DNA of 63,759 nucleotides from Ilumatobacteraceae bacterium (GTDB lineage: Bacteria > Actinomycetota > Acidimicrobiia > Acidimicrobiales > Ilumatobacteraceae), in the NCBI GenBank assembly GCA_031412355.1, contig JANOCR010000063.1, positions 1 through 63,759 on the forward strand, read 5' to 3'. The position numbers were made by a program, and so were the translations under genes. Below are positions 1 to 8,568 of this stretch, in pieces. Within the stretch, counting starts at the first letter, position 1; each line of letters starts with the position of its first letter. The notes beneath the pieces were generated by a model. It did no database searches. It had not been told where the DNA came from and worked only from the letters and a program-made list of their open reading frames with translations.

Positions 1-1
1 T

Positions 2-208
2 GAACTCGCCGCCGACGGGGACACCAGGGGGGTGCTGGTAAGCGCTGTCGGGTTCGTCGCCGATCATCTCGAAGTGCTGTACGACCTCGACATCGAGGCG
101 TGTCAACGCGCCGGCACACACGACCTGGCGTTTGCGCGCACACGGTGTGTCAACGACGATGTCTCGGTGATGACGGCGCTCGCCCATCGCGTCATCGGCG
201 CGACGTGA
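2..208 (+). CDS. hemH: ferrochelatase (coproporphyrin ferrochelatase type), C-terminal fragment; 5' end outside window
   Basis: The frame is open from the window edge and reads ...VGFVADHLEVLYDLDIEA... The DHxExLYDLD block is the conserved C-terminal ferrochelatase motif. Stop TGA 206-208 overlaps the GTG start of the next heme gene (GTGA). Confidence 0.6.
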   Translation, partial: ELAADGDTRGVLVSAVGFVADHLEVLYDLDIEACQRAGTHDLAFARTRCVNDDVSVMTALAHRVIGAT

Positions 209-1542
209 CGGGTGCGCGGCACATCGCCGTGATCGGCGGCGGCATCACCGGTCTGGCCGCTGCCCACGCGGCGATCGAAGCGGGTGCGCGCGTCACGGTT
301 TTCGAGGCGTGTGCTCGCTTGGGGGGAGTCGTACTGACCACCCCCTTCGCCGGACATCCGGCGATCGACGAAGGCGCCGATGCGTTCCTGGCCCGTGTTC
401 CATGGGCGTCCGAACTGGCCCGCAAGGTGTCGCTCGGCGACTCGCTGACGTCGCCGGCGGTGGGGAAGGCGGCGGTGTGGTGGAACGGCCTGCACGACAT
501 CCCGGAAGGCTTGCTGTTGGGCGTGCCGACAGAGTTCGCCGGCATGGCGCGATGTCGGCTCCTGACGCGGCGCGGCAAGTTGCGCGCCGCCACCGAAGTC
601 GCCCGCCGGCGAACGGATCTGACGCCTGACTCGATCGGCAGGTACGTGCGTGCCAGGTTCGGTGACGAAGTGCATGAACGTCTGGTCGATCCACTGGTGG
701 GCAGCATCTACGCCGCCGACACGGATGACTTCAGCCTGGTCGCGGTGCCACAGCTCGCCGAGATGGCGGTGCGTTCGCGCAGCGTGCTGCTGGCCAGAAG
801 GCCACGCGTGCCGGCGTCGGGACCGGTGTTCTACACACCGACGGCAGGGGTCGGTGCGCTGGTCGACGCTGTCGGTGCCGCCGTGGCGATTCGTGGTGGC
901 GAACTGCGATGCAACTCGGCCGTCAGCGAACTGGCCATCGATGCCCAGCGTTGGCGGGTCAACGACGAGGAGTTCGATGGCGTCGTCCTCGCCTGCCCGG
1001 CGCGCGATGCCGCGACGCTGCTGCAGGCTCATGCCTCGTCGGTCGCTTCGACCTTGGCCGAAATCCCGACAGCCGATGTGGCCCTGCTGACGTTGGCAGT
1101 CGCTGCGGACGGATGGCCCGATCGGTTGCGCGGCCTGTCGGGCTACCTCGTGCCGAAACCGCAGCAGCGGCTGGTGACCGCGGTGTCATTCGGATCGCAG
1201 AAGTGGGCACACTGGAGCATCGCCGGCCAGGTGGTGCTGCGGGTCTCGATGGGTCGCGACGGCCTGTCGGCATTGCATCTGACCGACGAAATACTGGTGG
1301 CCGATGCGCTGGCCGAGCTGCAGGTTCACATCGGGATCGACGTGCAACCCACCGCCGTGCGGGTCAGTCGCTGGCCGAAGGCCTTCCCGCAGTATCGCCC
1401 GCATCACGGGGCTTTGCTGGCCGGCGCCGAGCAATCCCTCCCCCGTGGCATTGCTCTGGCAGGGGCCAGCTACCACGGGATCGGCATTCCGGCCTGTGTG
1501 CGCTCCGGCCAACTAGCGGTCGGGGTGCTGTTGCAGCGCTGA
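205..1542 (+). CDS. hemY: protoporphyrinogen/coproporphyrinogen III oxidase (HemY/CgoX family, FAD-dependent)
   Basis: Lies in ORF 100..1542. It has the N-terminal dinucleotide-binding motif IAVIGGGITGLAAA and HemY-like length and C-terminus (GASYHGIGIP). GTG at 205 is the likely start; the upstream 35 codons are Arg-rich and overlap hemH. Confidence 0.8.
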   Translation: MTGARHIAVIGGGITGLAAAHAAIEAGARVTVFEACARLGGVVLTTPFAGHPAIDEGADAFLARVPWASELARKVSLGDSLTSPAVGKAAVWWNGLHDIPEGLLLGVPTEFAGMARCRLLTRRGKLRAATEVARRRTDLTPDSIGRYVRARFGDEVHERLVDPLVGSIYAADTDDFSLVAVPQLAEMAVRSRSVLLARRPRVPASGPVFYTPTAGVGALVDAVGAAVAIRGGELRCNSAVSELAIDAQRWRVNDEEFDGVVLACPARDAATLLQAHASSVASTLAEIPTADVALLTLAVAADGWPDRLRGLSGYLVPKPQQRLVTAVSFGSQKWAHWSIAGQVVLRVSMGRDGLSALHLTDEILVADALAELQVHIGIDVQPTAVRVSRWPKAFPQYRPHHGALLAGAEQSLPRGIALAGASYHGIGIPACVRSGQLAVGVLLQR

Positions 1543-1548
1543 TTCTCG

Positions 1549-2241
1549 ATGGCAGACTGTGTCATGCGGCGAGAATCGATTGCGGTGGCGTGCGCGGCAT
1601 TGTTAGTGCTGGCAGCGTGCGGAGACGACAGTTCCAATGCGAATGCAGTAGCGGCCGCGCCCGTCACGACCACCAGGCCGGCGACGACCACCTCGACGAC
1701 ACCCCCGACCACATCGACCACATCGACCACGTCGACAACCACCAGTACGTCGTCGACCAGCACGACAACGTCGTCAACGTCCACAGTGCCGGCCACACTG
1801 CCGAACCCGGAGACCCCGCCGGCCGATCCGCGGGCGCCCGAAGCAGTCGTCGAGCTGGGCACCATCGAGATTCCCAAGATCGGTGTGACCAAGTCGATAT
1901 TCGAAGGCATCACACTGACCACGCTTGATCGCGGGCCCGGCCATTGGCCGGGTACGGCAATGCCCGGCCAACTGGGCAACGTCGTGATCGCCGGTCACCG
2001 TGTCAGTCACGACAAGCCGTTCCGCAATCTCGACAAGCTCGAGGCCGGCGACGATGTCATCCTGACGACCGGTGACGGCCGATTCGTCTACAAGGTCACC
2101 GGCATCGACATCGTGTTCCCCGACGCGCTGTGGATCGTCGACCAGACACCCGAGTACACAGCCACACTGTTCGCGTGCCACCCGGCCGGTTCGACCAGGC
2201 AACGGATCGTCGTGCACCTCGCCTACGCCCCCAACGAGTAA
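1549..2241 (+). CDS. sortase-family transpeptidase with lipoprotein-type signal peptide
   Basis: Catalytic motifs are present: VIAGHRVS (His), TLFACHP (TLxxC Cys) and STRQRIVV (Arg). The N-terminus LLVLAAC|GDD resembles a lipobox. A Thr/Ser-rich linker sits between the anchor and the catalytic domain. Confidence 0.8.
   Translation: MADCVMRRESIAVACAALLVLAACGDDSSNANAVAAAPVTTTRPATTTSTTPPTTSTTSTTSTTTSTSSTSTTTSSTSTVPATLPNPETPPADPRAPEAVVELGTIEIPKIGVTKSIFEGITLTTLDRGPGHWPGTAMPGQLGNVVIAGHRVSHDKPFRNLDKLEAGDDVILTTGDGRFVYKVTGIDIVFPDALWIVDQTPEYTATLFACHPAGSTRQRIVVHLAYAPNE
1666..1785 (+). repeat. low-complexity ACC/ACG/TCG codon run encoding a Thr/Ser-rich linker inside the sortase gene
   Basis: Translates as TTTRPATTTSTTPPTTSTTSTTSTTTSTSSTSTTTSSTST. 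The DNA shows reiterated accacatcg/accacgtcg units. Confidence 0.7.
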
Positions 2242-2280
2242 CCAGGTTCGGCGCACCGCTGGGACTATGGTCGCTCGCTG

Positions 2281-3831
2281 ATGTCGATTCGTCTCCCGCG
2301 TTTGTCGACCTCGGCCGCGATGGCCATCGGCGCAGGACTCAGTGTCGCCCTGTCGTTGCCGCCGTGGGGCATCTGGCCGCTCGCGTTCGTAGGCGTCGTG
2401 ATGTTCGAGATCTCGTTGGGGGAGACGGCGTCGAACGGGGCGCGTGCCGCCAGGGGCTGGCTGTTCGCTGCAGCGTGGCTGCTGCCAGGCATGGCCTGGA
2501 TGTGGGCGCTGACTATCCCCGGCTATCTCGCCGCCGCAGCCATATTCGCGGGTTTCCACGCGCTGGCCGCCACCGTGTCACCGCGGGGACCATGGCGAGT
2601 GATCGGGCGGCCTGCCGCGCACACTCTGGCCGAGGCGTTGCGCCTTTCGTTTCCCTTCGGTGGTGTCCCGCTGGCCACGCTGCCCATCGGCCAGGCCGCC
2701 GGCCCGCTCGCCGGTGTGGTGCGCGTCGGCGGCGTGATCCTGCTGACCTGGGTCGTGTTCCAGATCGGATTCGCATTCGCCGGACCGTCTCCGGTCGTTC
2801 CACAGCTGGCTCGAACCCGCGGGCGACACGGTCGCGGGGAATGGCACGGTGTGATGGGCCTCGCTGCGGCGGTCGTCTGCATCGTGATCGCGGCCACGAT
2901 CGCCCCGACGGGCACACGCACGGCTACTCCACCGACGCTTCGTGTTGCGATCGTGCAGGGGGGCGGACCACAGGGCACGCGCGCAATTGACTCCAGCGCC
3001 CGCGAGGTGGTCGAGCGACATCTCCAAGCAACTCGAACCATCCAACCCGGCGCGGCCGACGTCGTGGTGTGGCCCGAGAACGTCGTCGATGTCGGCACCT
3101 TCGCGAGCAGTCAGGAGATCGTCGAGGTGACGGCCCAGGCAGCCCGGCTCAACGTTCCATTCGTCATCGGAGTCACCGAAGATGCGCCCGACGATCACTT
3201 CATCAACGCCCAGGTCGTCGTCACACCCGATGGTCAGATCGTGTCGCGATACGAGAAGGTTCGGCGCGTCCCCTTCGGCGAGTACATGCCCATCCGGGGC
3301 CTGCTCGACGCCGTGGGAGCACCAACAGACCTCGTGCCGCGCGACGCCGTCGCCGGTTCCGGGCCGGCATACCTCGACATCCCCATCGGCGATGTGCGGG
3401 TCCGCGCCGCAACGGTCATCTCATGGGAGGTCTTCTTCGGGGACCGCGCCGCCGATGGCGTCGACCACGCTGGAACATTCATCCTCAATCCGACCAACGG
3501 TTCGAGCTACAGCGGCACGATCCTGCAGTCGCAGCAGGTCGCCTCGTCGCGCCTCAGGGCCATCGAGAACGGACGCTGGGTTGTGCAAGTCTCCCCCACT
3601 GGTTTCAGCGCGTTCGTGTCGCCCGAAGGCGATGTCTTCGACCGAACGTCTGTCAGCGAGCAGCGCGTGCTCACTCGAACGATCACGCTGAAATCCGGGC
3701 GCACGTGGTACTCCAACATCGGCGACACACCGTTCTTCGTGCTGATCATGCTGGTGCTCCTCGGCTCGTGGATCGTCCCCGGCAAGGCTTGGCTCGAACA
3801 ACGACGAGTCACACCTCCAGTAGAACGGTGA
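2281..3831 (+). CDS. lnt: apolipoprotein N-acyltransferase
   Basis: 516 aa. The N-terminal half is polytopic and hydrophobic. The C-terminal CN-hydrolase domain reads LRVAIVQGG ... VVWPENV ... and ends with a TM segment. Confidence 0.85.
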   Translation: MSIRLPRLSTSAAMAIGAGLSVALSLPPWGIWPLAFVGVVMFEISLGETASNGARAARGWLFAAAWLLPGMAWMWALTIPGYLAAAAIFAGFHALAATVSPRGPWRVIGRPAAHTLAEALRLSFPFGGVPLATLPIGQAAGPLAGVVRVGGVILLTWVVFQIGFAFAGPSPVVPQLARTRGRHGRGEWHGVMGLAAAVVCIVIAATIAPTGTRTATPPTLRVAIVQGGGPQGTRAIDSSAREVVERHLQATRTIQPGAADVVVWPENVVDVGTFASSQEIVEVTAQAARLNVPFVIGVTEDAPDDHFINAQVVVTPDGQIVSRYEKVRRVPFGEYMPIRGLLDAVGAPTDLVPRDAVAGSGPAYLDIPIGDVRVRAATVISWEVFFGDRAADGVDHAGTFILNPTNGSSYSGTILQSQQVASSRLRAIENGRWVVQVSPTGFSAFVSPEGDVFDRTSVSEQRVLTRTITLKSGRTWYSNIGDTPFFVLIMLVLLGSWIVPGKAWLEQRRVTPPVER

Positions 3832-4246
3832 CCGGTCCGTCGTTCACCAGCGCGACCTGCATCTCGGTGCGAAACCGTCCGGTTGCAACCGTGGCGCCAG
3901 CGGCGCGCAACTGATCGATCACGATCTGCACGAGCGGCTCGGCGTGTTCGGGCCGGGCCGCGTTGATCCAACTCGGCCGACGGCCGCCACCGGTGTCGCC
4001 GTACAGCGTGAACTGACTGACGATCAACACCTCACGACTGGTGTCGGCGACGGAGCGGTTCATCACTCCGTTGTCATCGTCGATCACGCGCAGGCCCCAG
4101 ATCTTGTCGGCCAACTTGCGCGCCTTTGCCTCAGTGTCCTCGTGGGTCACTCCCACCAGCACACACAGACCCGCACCGATTTCGCCTACGACGTCGCCGG
4201 CTACCGACACCGACGCTTGCGACACCCTCTGGACCAAGCCACGCAT
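3809..4246 (-). CDS. dtd: D-aminoacyl-tRNA deacylase
   Basis: MRGLVQRVSQASVSV...VSQFTLYGD...GRRPSW...NDGPVT is the classic Dtd pattern. ATG at 4246 is chosen over the upstream ORF start at 4303. The 3' end overlaps the lnt 3' end by 23 nt (convergent). Confidence 0.85.
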   Translation of the reverse strand: MRGLVQRVSQASVSVAGDVVGEIGAGLCVLVGVTHEDTEAKARKLADKIWGLRVIDDDNGVMNRSVADTSREVLIVSQFTLYGDTGGGRRPSWINAARPEHAEPLVQIVIDQLRAAGATVATGRFRTEMQVALVNDGPVTVLLEV

Positions 4247-4275
4247 CACGCGAGTCTGCCGTACAGAATGGGTCG

Positions 4276-5052
4276 GTGATCGAACTCCGGGACGGATCAG
4301 CATGTTGCACCGTCAGCGCAGCCGATGGGGGCAGGGTCGCCTCGCTGAGCGTCGGCGCGGTCGACCTCATCGTCCGAGCCGATCCCTCCTTGCCCGCATC
4401 CGGTTGGGGAAGCTTTCCGATGGTGCCGTGGGCCGGGCGCATCCGACGCGGCCGCTTCACGTTCGACGGTGTCGACCATCAACTGCCGATCAACTTCGAG
4501 GCACACGCCATCCATGGAACGGGGTTCGAGCAACCGTGGGAAATCGTCGAGCGCGATGCGCGGAGCGTCGCCCTGCGCTGCAACCTCCATTGGGTGCTCG
4601 GTGGGGAAGCCGAGCAGTTGATCGAATTGCGCGACGACGCACTGACGTGCACGCTGGCCGTTCGCGCGGGCGATCGGGCGATGCCGGCATCGATTGGATG
4701 GCACCCCTGGTTCGTGAAGCCCGACATGGTCGATCTGCGATTCGATCGGATGTTCGTGCGCGACGACGACTACATCACCGATGGGCGCGTCGTCGAGCCT
4801 CCCCCGCCACCCTGGGACGACTGCTTCGCCGGTCCACTTGCCACCCCCCGCCTGTGGATCGCCGGTGTCGAGGTGGGGCTCCACAGCGACTGCGACTACT
4901 GGGTCGTCTACGACATGCCTGCTCACGCCACCTGCGTGGAACCGCAGACGGCCACACCGGACGCGTTCAACCTGGGTGGTGCAGCGCGACTCGAACCGGG
5001 CGAGGAATTGCGCCGCACTATGACGATTACATGGACTGGCCCATTGCGATGA
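4276..5052 (+). CDS. aldose 1-epimerase (galactose mutarotase-like) family protein
   Basis: Motifs FPMVPWAGRI, DHQLPIN..HAIHG and IGWHPWF are typical of the aldose-epimerase fold. GTG at 4276 is the first in-frame start clear of dtd. Confidence 0.7.
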   Translation: MIELRDGSACCTVSAADGGRVASLSVGAVDLIVRADPSLPASGWGSFPMVPWAGRIRRGRFTFDGVDHQLPINFEAHAIHGTGFEQPWEIVERDARSVALRCNLHWVLGGEAEQLIELRDDALTCTLAVRAGDRAMPASIGWHPWFVKPDMVDLRFDRMFVRDDDYITDGRVVEPPPPPWDDCFAGPLATPRLWIAGVEVGLHSDCDYWVVYDMPAHATCVEPQTATPDAFNLGGAARLEPGEELRRTMTITWTGPLR

Positions 5053-5130
5053 CGTGACTGGCGGCACCCCACGTTGCAACCCTGTGACGCTTACCAGTCG
5101 GTAACAACGCGCCGATAGCCTTACGGACCT

Positions 5131-6444
5131 ATGTCTGCCGTCACCTCGGCCGGCGCTTCGGCCATGTCGCCAGACGCCCCTCTCTCGATTGCCTATCTCA
5201 CCTACCGCGGCAAGCCGCACGTCGGTGGGCAAGGCGTCTATACCCGTCATCTCACCAAGGCGCTCGTCGATCTCGGGCACCACGTGGAGGTATTCGGCGG
5301 CCAGCCATACCCCATTCTCGACGAGCGCATCCCACTGCATCAGCTTCCGAGCCTCGACCTGTGGAACGACCACTTCCCAGGCCGATTTCCGGGTTACTGG
5401 GAGTTGAAGACCAAGGCCGATTGGGCCGAGGCCTTCAGCCACCTGCGCGGCACGTTCGGGGAACCGCTGTCTTTCAGCATGCGTGCCCTGAAGGCGTTGA
5501 AGACGCGCCAGCGCGACTTCGATCTCGTTCACGACAACCAATGCCTCGGCTACAGCATCTTGGGCATCGAGAAGCTGATCCCGACAATCGTCACGCTGCA
5601 CCATCCCATCACCCGCGACCGGGCCCTCGAGATGGCGCACACCAGCACATGGCGTCGTCGCTACTCGATCGGGCGTTGGTACAACTTCGTGAAGATGCAG
5701 GGCCGCGTTGCCAGTCGCATGCCGCGCATCGTGGTTGTCAGCGAGAACTCCATCAAGGACATCAACGCCGACATGGGTGTCAGCCTCGACCGCATGCGCC
5801 TGGTGCCGGTCGGGGTAGACCCCGAGTTGTTCACCCCTCTTCCCGGGGTCACGCGAACGTCTGGCAGGCTCATCACGACCGCATCGGCCGACGTTGCCCT
5901 GAAGGGCCTCGCGTATCTCCTCGAAGCGATGGCCAAGCTGCGCACCGAGCGCGATGTCACTCTGACCATCATCGGCAAGCCGCGCGACGGGGCCAGCAAC
6001 AATCTGATCGATCAACTCGGGCTGCGCCCGCACATCGAGTTCGTCAGCGATGTGTCGGACGAACGCATCGTCGAGCTGTACGCAGAGGCGGAGATGGCCG
6101 TCGTGCCGAGCTTGTACGAGGGATTCAGCCTGCCGGCCATCGAAGCCATGGCGACCGGCATCTGCCTCGTGGCAACCGATGGCGGCGCACTGCCGGAGGT
6201 CACCGGCCGTGATGGCGACACGGTGCTGCAGTGCAAGGCCGGCGACGTCGACGAACTGGCCGCAGTCATCCGACGTGGCCTCGACGACGCCGAGTTGCGC
6301 GCCCGCGTGGGCGAGGCCGGGCGTCGCAGGGTCGTCGAGCGATGGAGCTGGAAGCACTGCGCCCAACTGACCGTCGACCAGTACCGAGAGGTGCTGGCTA
6401 TGCCGCACAACATCGACAAGCTGCGTCGGAACGGACGGCTGTAG
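5131..6444 (+). CDS. glycosyltransferase family 4 (GT-B, retaining type)
   Basis: N-terminal GGQGVYTRHL and C-terminal EGFSLPAIEAMATG (the E-x7-E region) are typical of GT4. Confidence 0.85.
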   Translation: MSAVTSAGASAMSPDAPLSIAYLTYRGKPHVGGQGVYTRHLTKALVDLGHHVEVFGGQPYPILDERIPLHQLPSLDLWNDHFPGRFPGYWELKTKADWAEAFSHLRGTFGEPLSFSMRALKALKTRQRDFDLVHDNQCLGYSILGIEKLIPTIVTLHHPITRDRALEMAHTSTWRRRYSIGRWYNFVKMQGRVASRMPRIVVVSENSIKDINADMGVSLDRMRLVPVGVDPELFTPLPGVTRTSGRLITTASADVALKGLAYLLEAMAKLRTERDVTLTIIGKPRDGASNNLIDQLGLRPHIEFVSDVSDERIVELYAEAEMAVVPSLYEGFSLPAIEAMATGICLVATDGGALPEVTGRDGDTVLQCKAGDVDELAAVIRRGLDDAELRARVGEAGRRRVVERWSWKHCAQLTVDQYREVLAMPHNIDKLRRNGRL

Positions 6445-7182
6445 TTGTTGACGATTCGTTTCGAACAACTCGGTGTGCTGCCCGGTGATCTCGTACTCGA
6501 CGCAGGCGCCGGCTTCGGCCGCCACGCCTTCGCGCTTGCCCGACAGGGCGCCAACGTCGTGGCCCTCGACTACGCCAACGGCGAGGTCGAAGGTACACGC
6601 GCCACGTTCGCGGCGATGGCCGAAGCGGGAGAAATCGCCGAAACGCGATTCGTCGGCGGCCTGCGGGGCGACGCCACCCGATTGCCGTTTGCGGACAACA
6701 GCTTCGACCGGGTGATCACCAGCGAGGTGCTCGAGCACATCGAAGCCGATACGGCGGCTATCACCGAATTGGCGCGAGTGCTGAAGCCGGGTGGCACATT
6801 TGCCGCCACAGTTCCGACGTGGCTGCCGGAGAAGATCAACTGGATGCTCAGCGACGAGTACCACGCCCCGAAGAGCGTCGGCGGTCACGTGCGCATCTAC
6901 ACGGCCACCGAACTGAAGGCCAAGCTGCGTAGCGCGGGCCTGGCCATCACCGACAGCCATCATGCTCACGCGCTGCATTCACCGTACTGGTGGTTGAAGT
7001 GTGCCGTCGGCGTGCGCCGCGACGATCACCGTCTGGTGAAGGCTTATCGGCGCCTGCTCGAGTGGGAGATTGTCAAGCAACCACGCGGCTTGCGACTGAT
7101 CGAACGGGCGGCGTCGCCCGTGCTGGGCAAGAGCTACATCGTCTACGCCAAGAAGTCGGAGCACCATGCCGCGGCTGCCTGA
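6445..7182 (+). CDS. class I SAM-dependent methyltransferase
   Basis: Motif I is VLDAGAGFGRH, with a post-I acidic residue and a LKPGG motif. The TTG start directly abuts the GT4 stop. Confidence 0.8.
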   Translation: MLTIRFEQLGVLPGDLVLDAGAGFGRHAFALARQGANVVALDYANGEVEGTRATFAAMAEAGEIAETRFVGGLRGDATRLPFADNSFDRVITSEVLEHIEADTAAITELARVLKPGGTFAATVPTWLPEKINWMLSDEYHAPKSVGGHVRIYTATELKAKLRSAGLAITDSHHAHALHSPYWWLKCAVGVRRDDHRLVKAYRRLLEWEIVKQPRGLRLIERAASPVLGKSYIVYAKKSEHHAAAA

Positions 7183-8191
7183 CATCGAAGGTGTGATCTC
7201 CGCCGAAGAGATCGTCGAGACTGCCAAGTGGATCACCTCGCTGCAGCTCGACACGGGGATGATCCCATGGTTCCCCGGTGGTCATTGCGACCCGTGGAAC
7301 CACGTCGAAACCACCATGGCGCTCGACGTTGCCGGGTGCCACGCGGCTGCCGAGCGCGGCTACGAATGGCTCGTCGACATGCAGCGCGACGATGGCAGTT
7401 GGTGGAACTACTACCTGCCGGACGGCAGCGTAGAAGAAGCCAAGCTCGACACCAACGTGTGCGCCTACATCGCCACAGGCGTCTGGCACCACTGGTTGTG
7501 CACCTGGGATCGAGCGTTCGTCGACCACCTGTGGCCGACCGTGCAGCGAGCCCTCGACTGGGTGCTGTCGATGCGCCGCGAGGACGGAACCGTGCTGTGG
7601 GCGTGCACCGCCGACAGTCGACCGTGGAACTATTCGCTCCTCACCGGTTCGTCGTCGATTGCCCACGCGTTGCGCTGTGGCGCCAACCTTGCTGCGCTGA
7701 TCAACGAGCCACGACCCGACTGGACCGTCGCCGCCGACCGGTTGTGCTTCCTCATCAACGAGCATCCGCGGGTGTTCGAGCCGAAGGATCGTTGGGCGAT
7801 GGACTGGTACTACCCGGTGCTCGCCGGATGCCTCACTGGCGAGCGTGCCAAGGCCCGCCTTGCTGACGGGTGGTCCGAGTTCGCGATGGAAGACCGCGGC
7901 ATTCGCTGCGTCAGCGACGAGCCGTGGATCACCGCGTCCGAGACCGCCGAGTGCGCCATCGCTCATGCCGCGATCGGAGACCTGGCCACGGCAACGGACC
8001 TCATCCGCTGGACACGACGTCACCGTCGCCGCGACGGCGCCTACTACACCGGCCTCGTGTATCCGGGCGAGATCCGATTTCCTGACGAGGAAGTCTCGGC
8101 CTACACCGGCGCAGCGGTCATCCTGGCCGCCGACGCAGTCGACTGCGCATCTCCGGCGTCCTCCGTGTTCGTGCCACGCCACCTCGACTAG
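7166..8191 (+). CDS. prenyltransferase / squalene-cyclase-repeat (alpha-alpha toroid) family protein
   Basis: Repeated W/Y-rich QW-like segments (DGSWWNYY, REDGTVLW, RRDGAYYTG). It overlaps the upstream methyltransferase by 17 nt. Confidence 0.7.
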   Translation: MPRLPDIEGVISAEEIVETAKWITSLQLDTGMIPWFPGGHCDPWNHVETTMALDVAGCHAAAERGYEWLVDMQRDDGSWWNYYLPDGSVEEAKLDTNVCAYIATGVWHHWLCTWDRAFVDHLWPTVQRALDWVLSMRREDGTVLWACTADSRPWNYSLLTGSSSIAHALRCGANLAALINEPRPDWTVAADRLCFLINEHPRVFEPKDRWAMDWYYPVLAGCLTGERAKARLADGWSEFAMEDRGIRCVSDEPWITASETAECAIAHAAIGDLATATDLIRWTRRHRRRDGAYYTGLVYPGEIRFPDEEVSAYTGAAVILAADAVDCASPASSVFVPRHLD

Positions 8192-8193
8192 TT

Positions 8194-8523
8194 CTAAGGC
8201 TCGCCAACCGTCCAACCACGTCGGCGCAGTTCGTCGGCGAGCACGTCCGCTGGGAAACCGCGGATCAGCAGCGCTTGAGCCGATGTCAGGGTCTCGGGCT
8301 CTTCTACGACCGACACCGTCGGGTTGCCCTCGTCGGCCGACGTCAACCGATCGATCAACGCCGAGGCTTCGGCCTTGGTGAACTTGCCTCGCGCCTGGCG
8401 CTGGGTCAGCCGGTACTCCGTGCGCGCCGAACGGAAATCGTCGTACCCGGCCTTGCGCATCAGTGCCTGGATGTACGCGACCTGTTTGGCCGATGCCGGC
8501 GGACCATCGTTCCCAAAACTCAC
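8194..8523 (-). CDS. hypothetical protein (possibly DUF3072-like)
   Basis: 109-aa ORF with coding-like composition. The pattern PASAKQVAYIQAL...FTKAEASALIDRL recalls DUF3072-type proteins. The family assignment is from memory only. Confidence 0.45.
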   Translation of the reverse strand: MSFGNDGPPASAKQVAYIQALMRKAGYDDFRSARTEYRLTQRQARGKFTKAEASALIDRLTSADEGNPTVSVVEEPETLTSAQALLIRGFPADVLADELRRRGWTVGEP

Positions 8524-8568
8524 CGGGCCACCGTACCCAGTACCGGCTCGCGCTGGGTGCGTGGCAGC

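Noticed and set aside
4297-6978. 893-aa minus-strand ORF, the longest in this part of the track
   Set aside because: It runs antisense to the well-supported GT4 and methyltransferase genes. Its translation is Arg/Gly/Ala/Asp-rich with no recognisable motif. This is a typical stop-free antisense frame in high-GC DNA.
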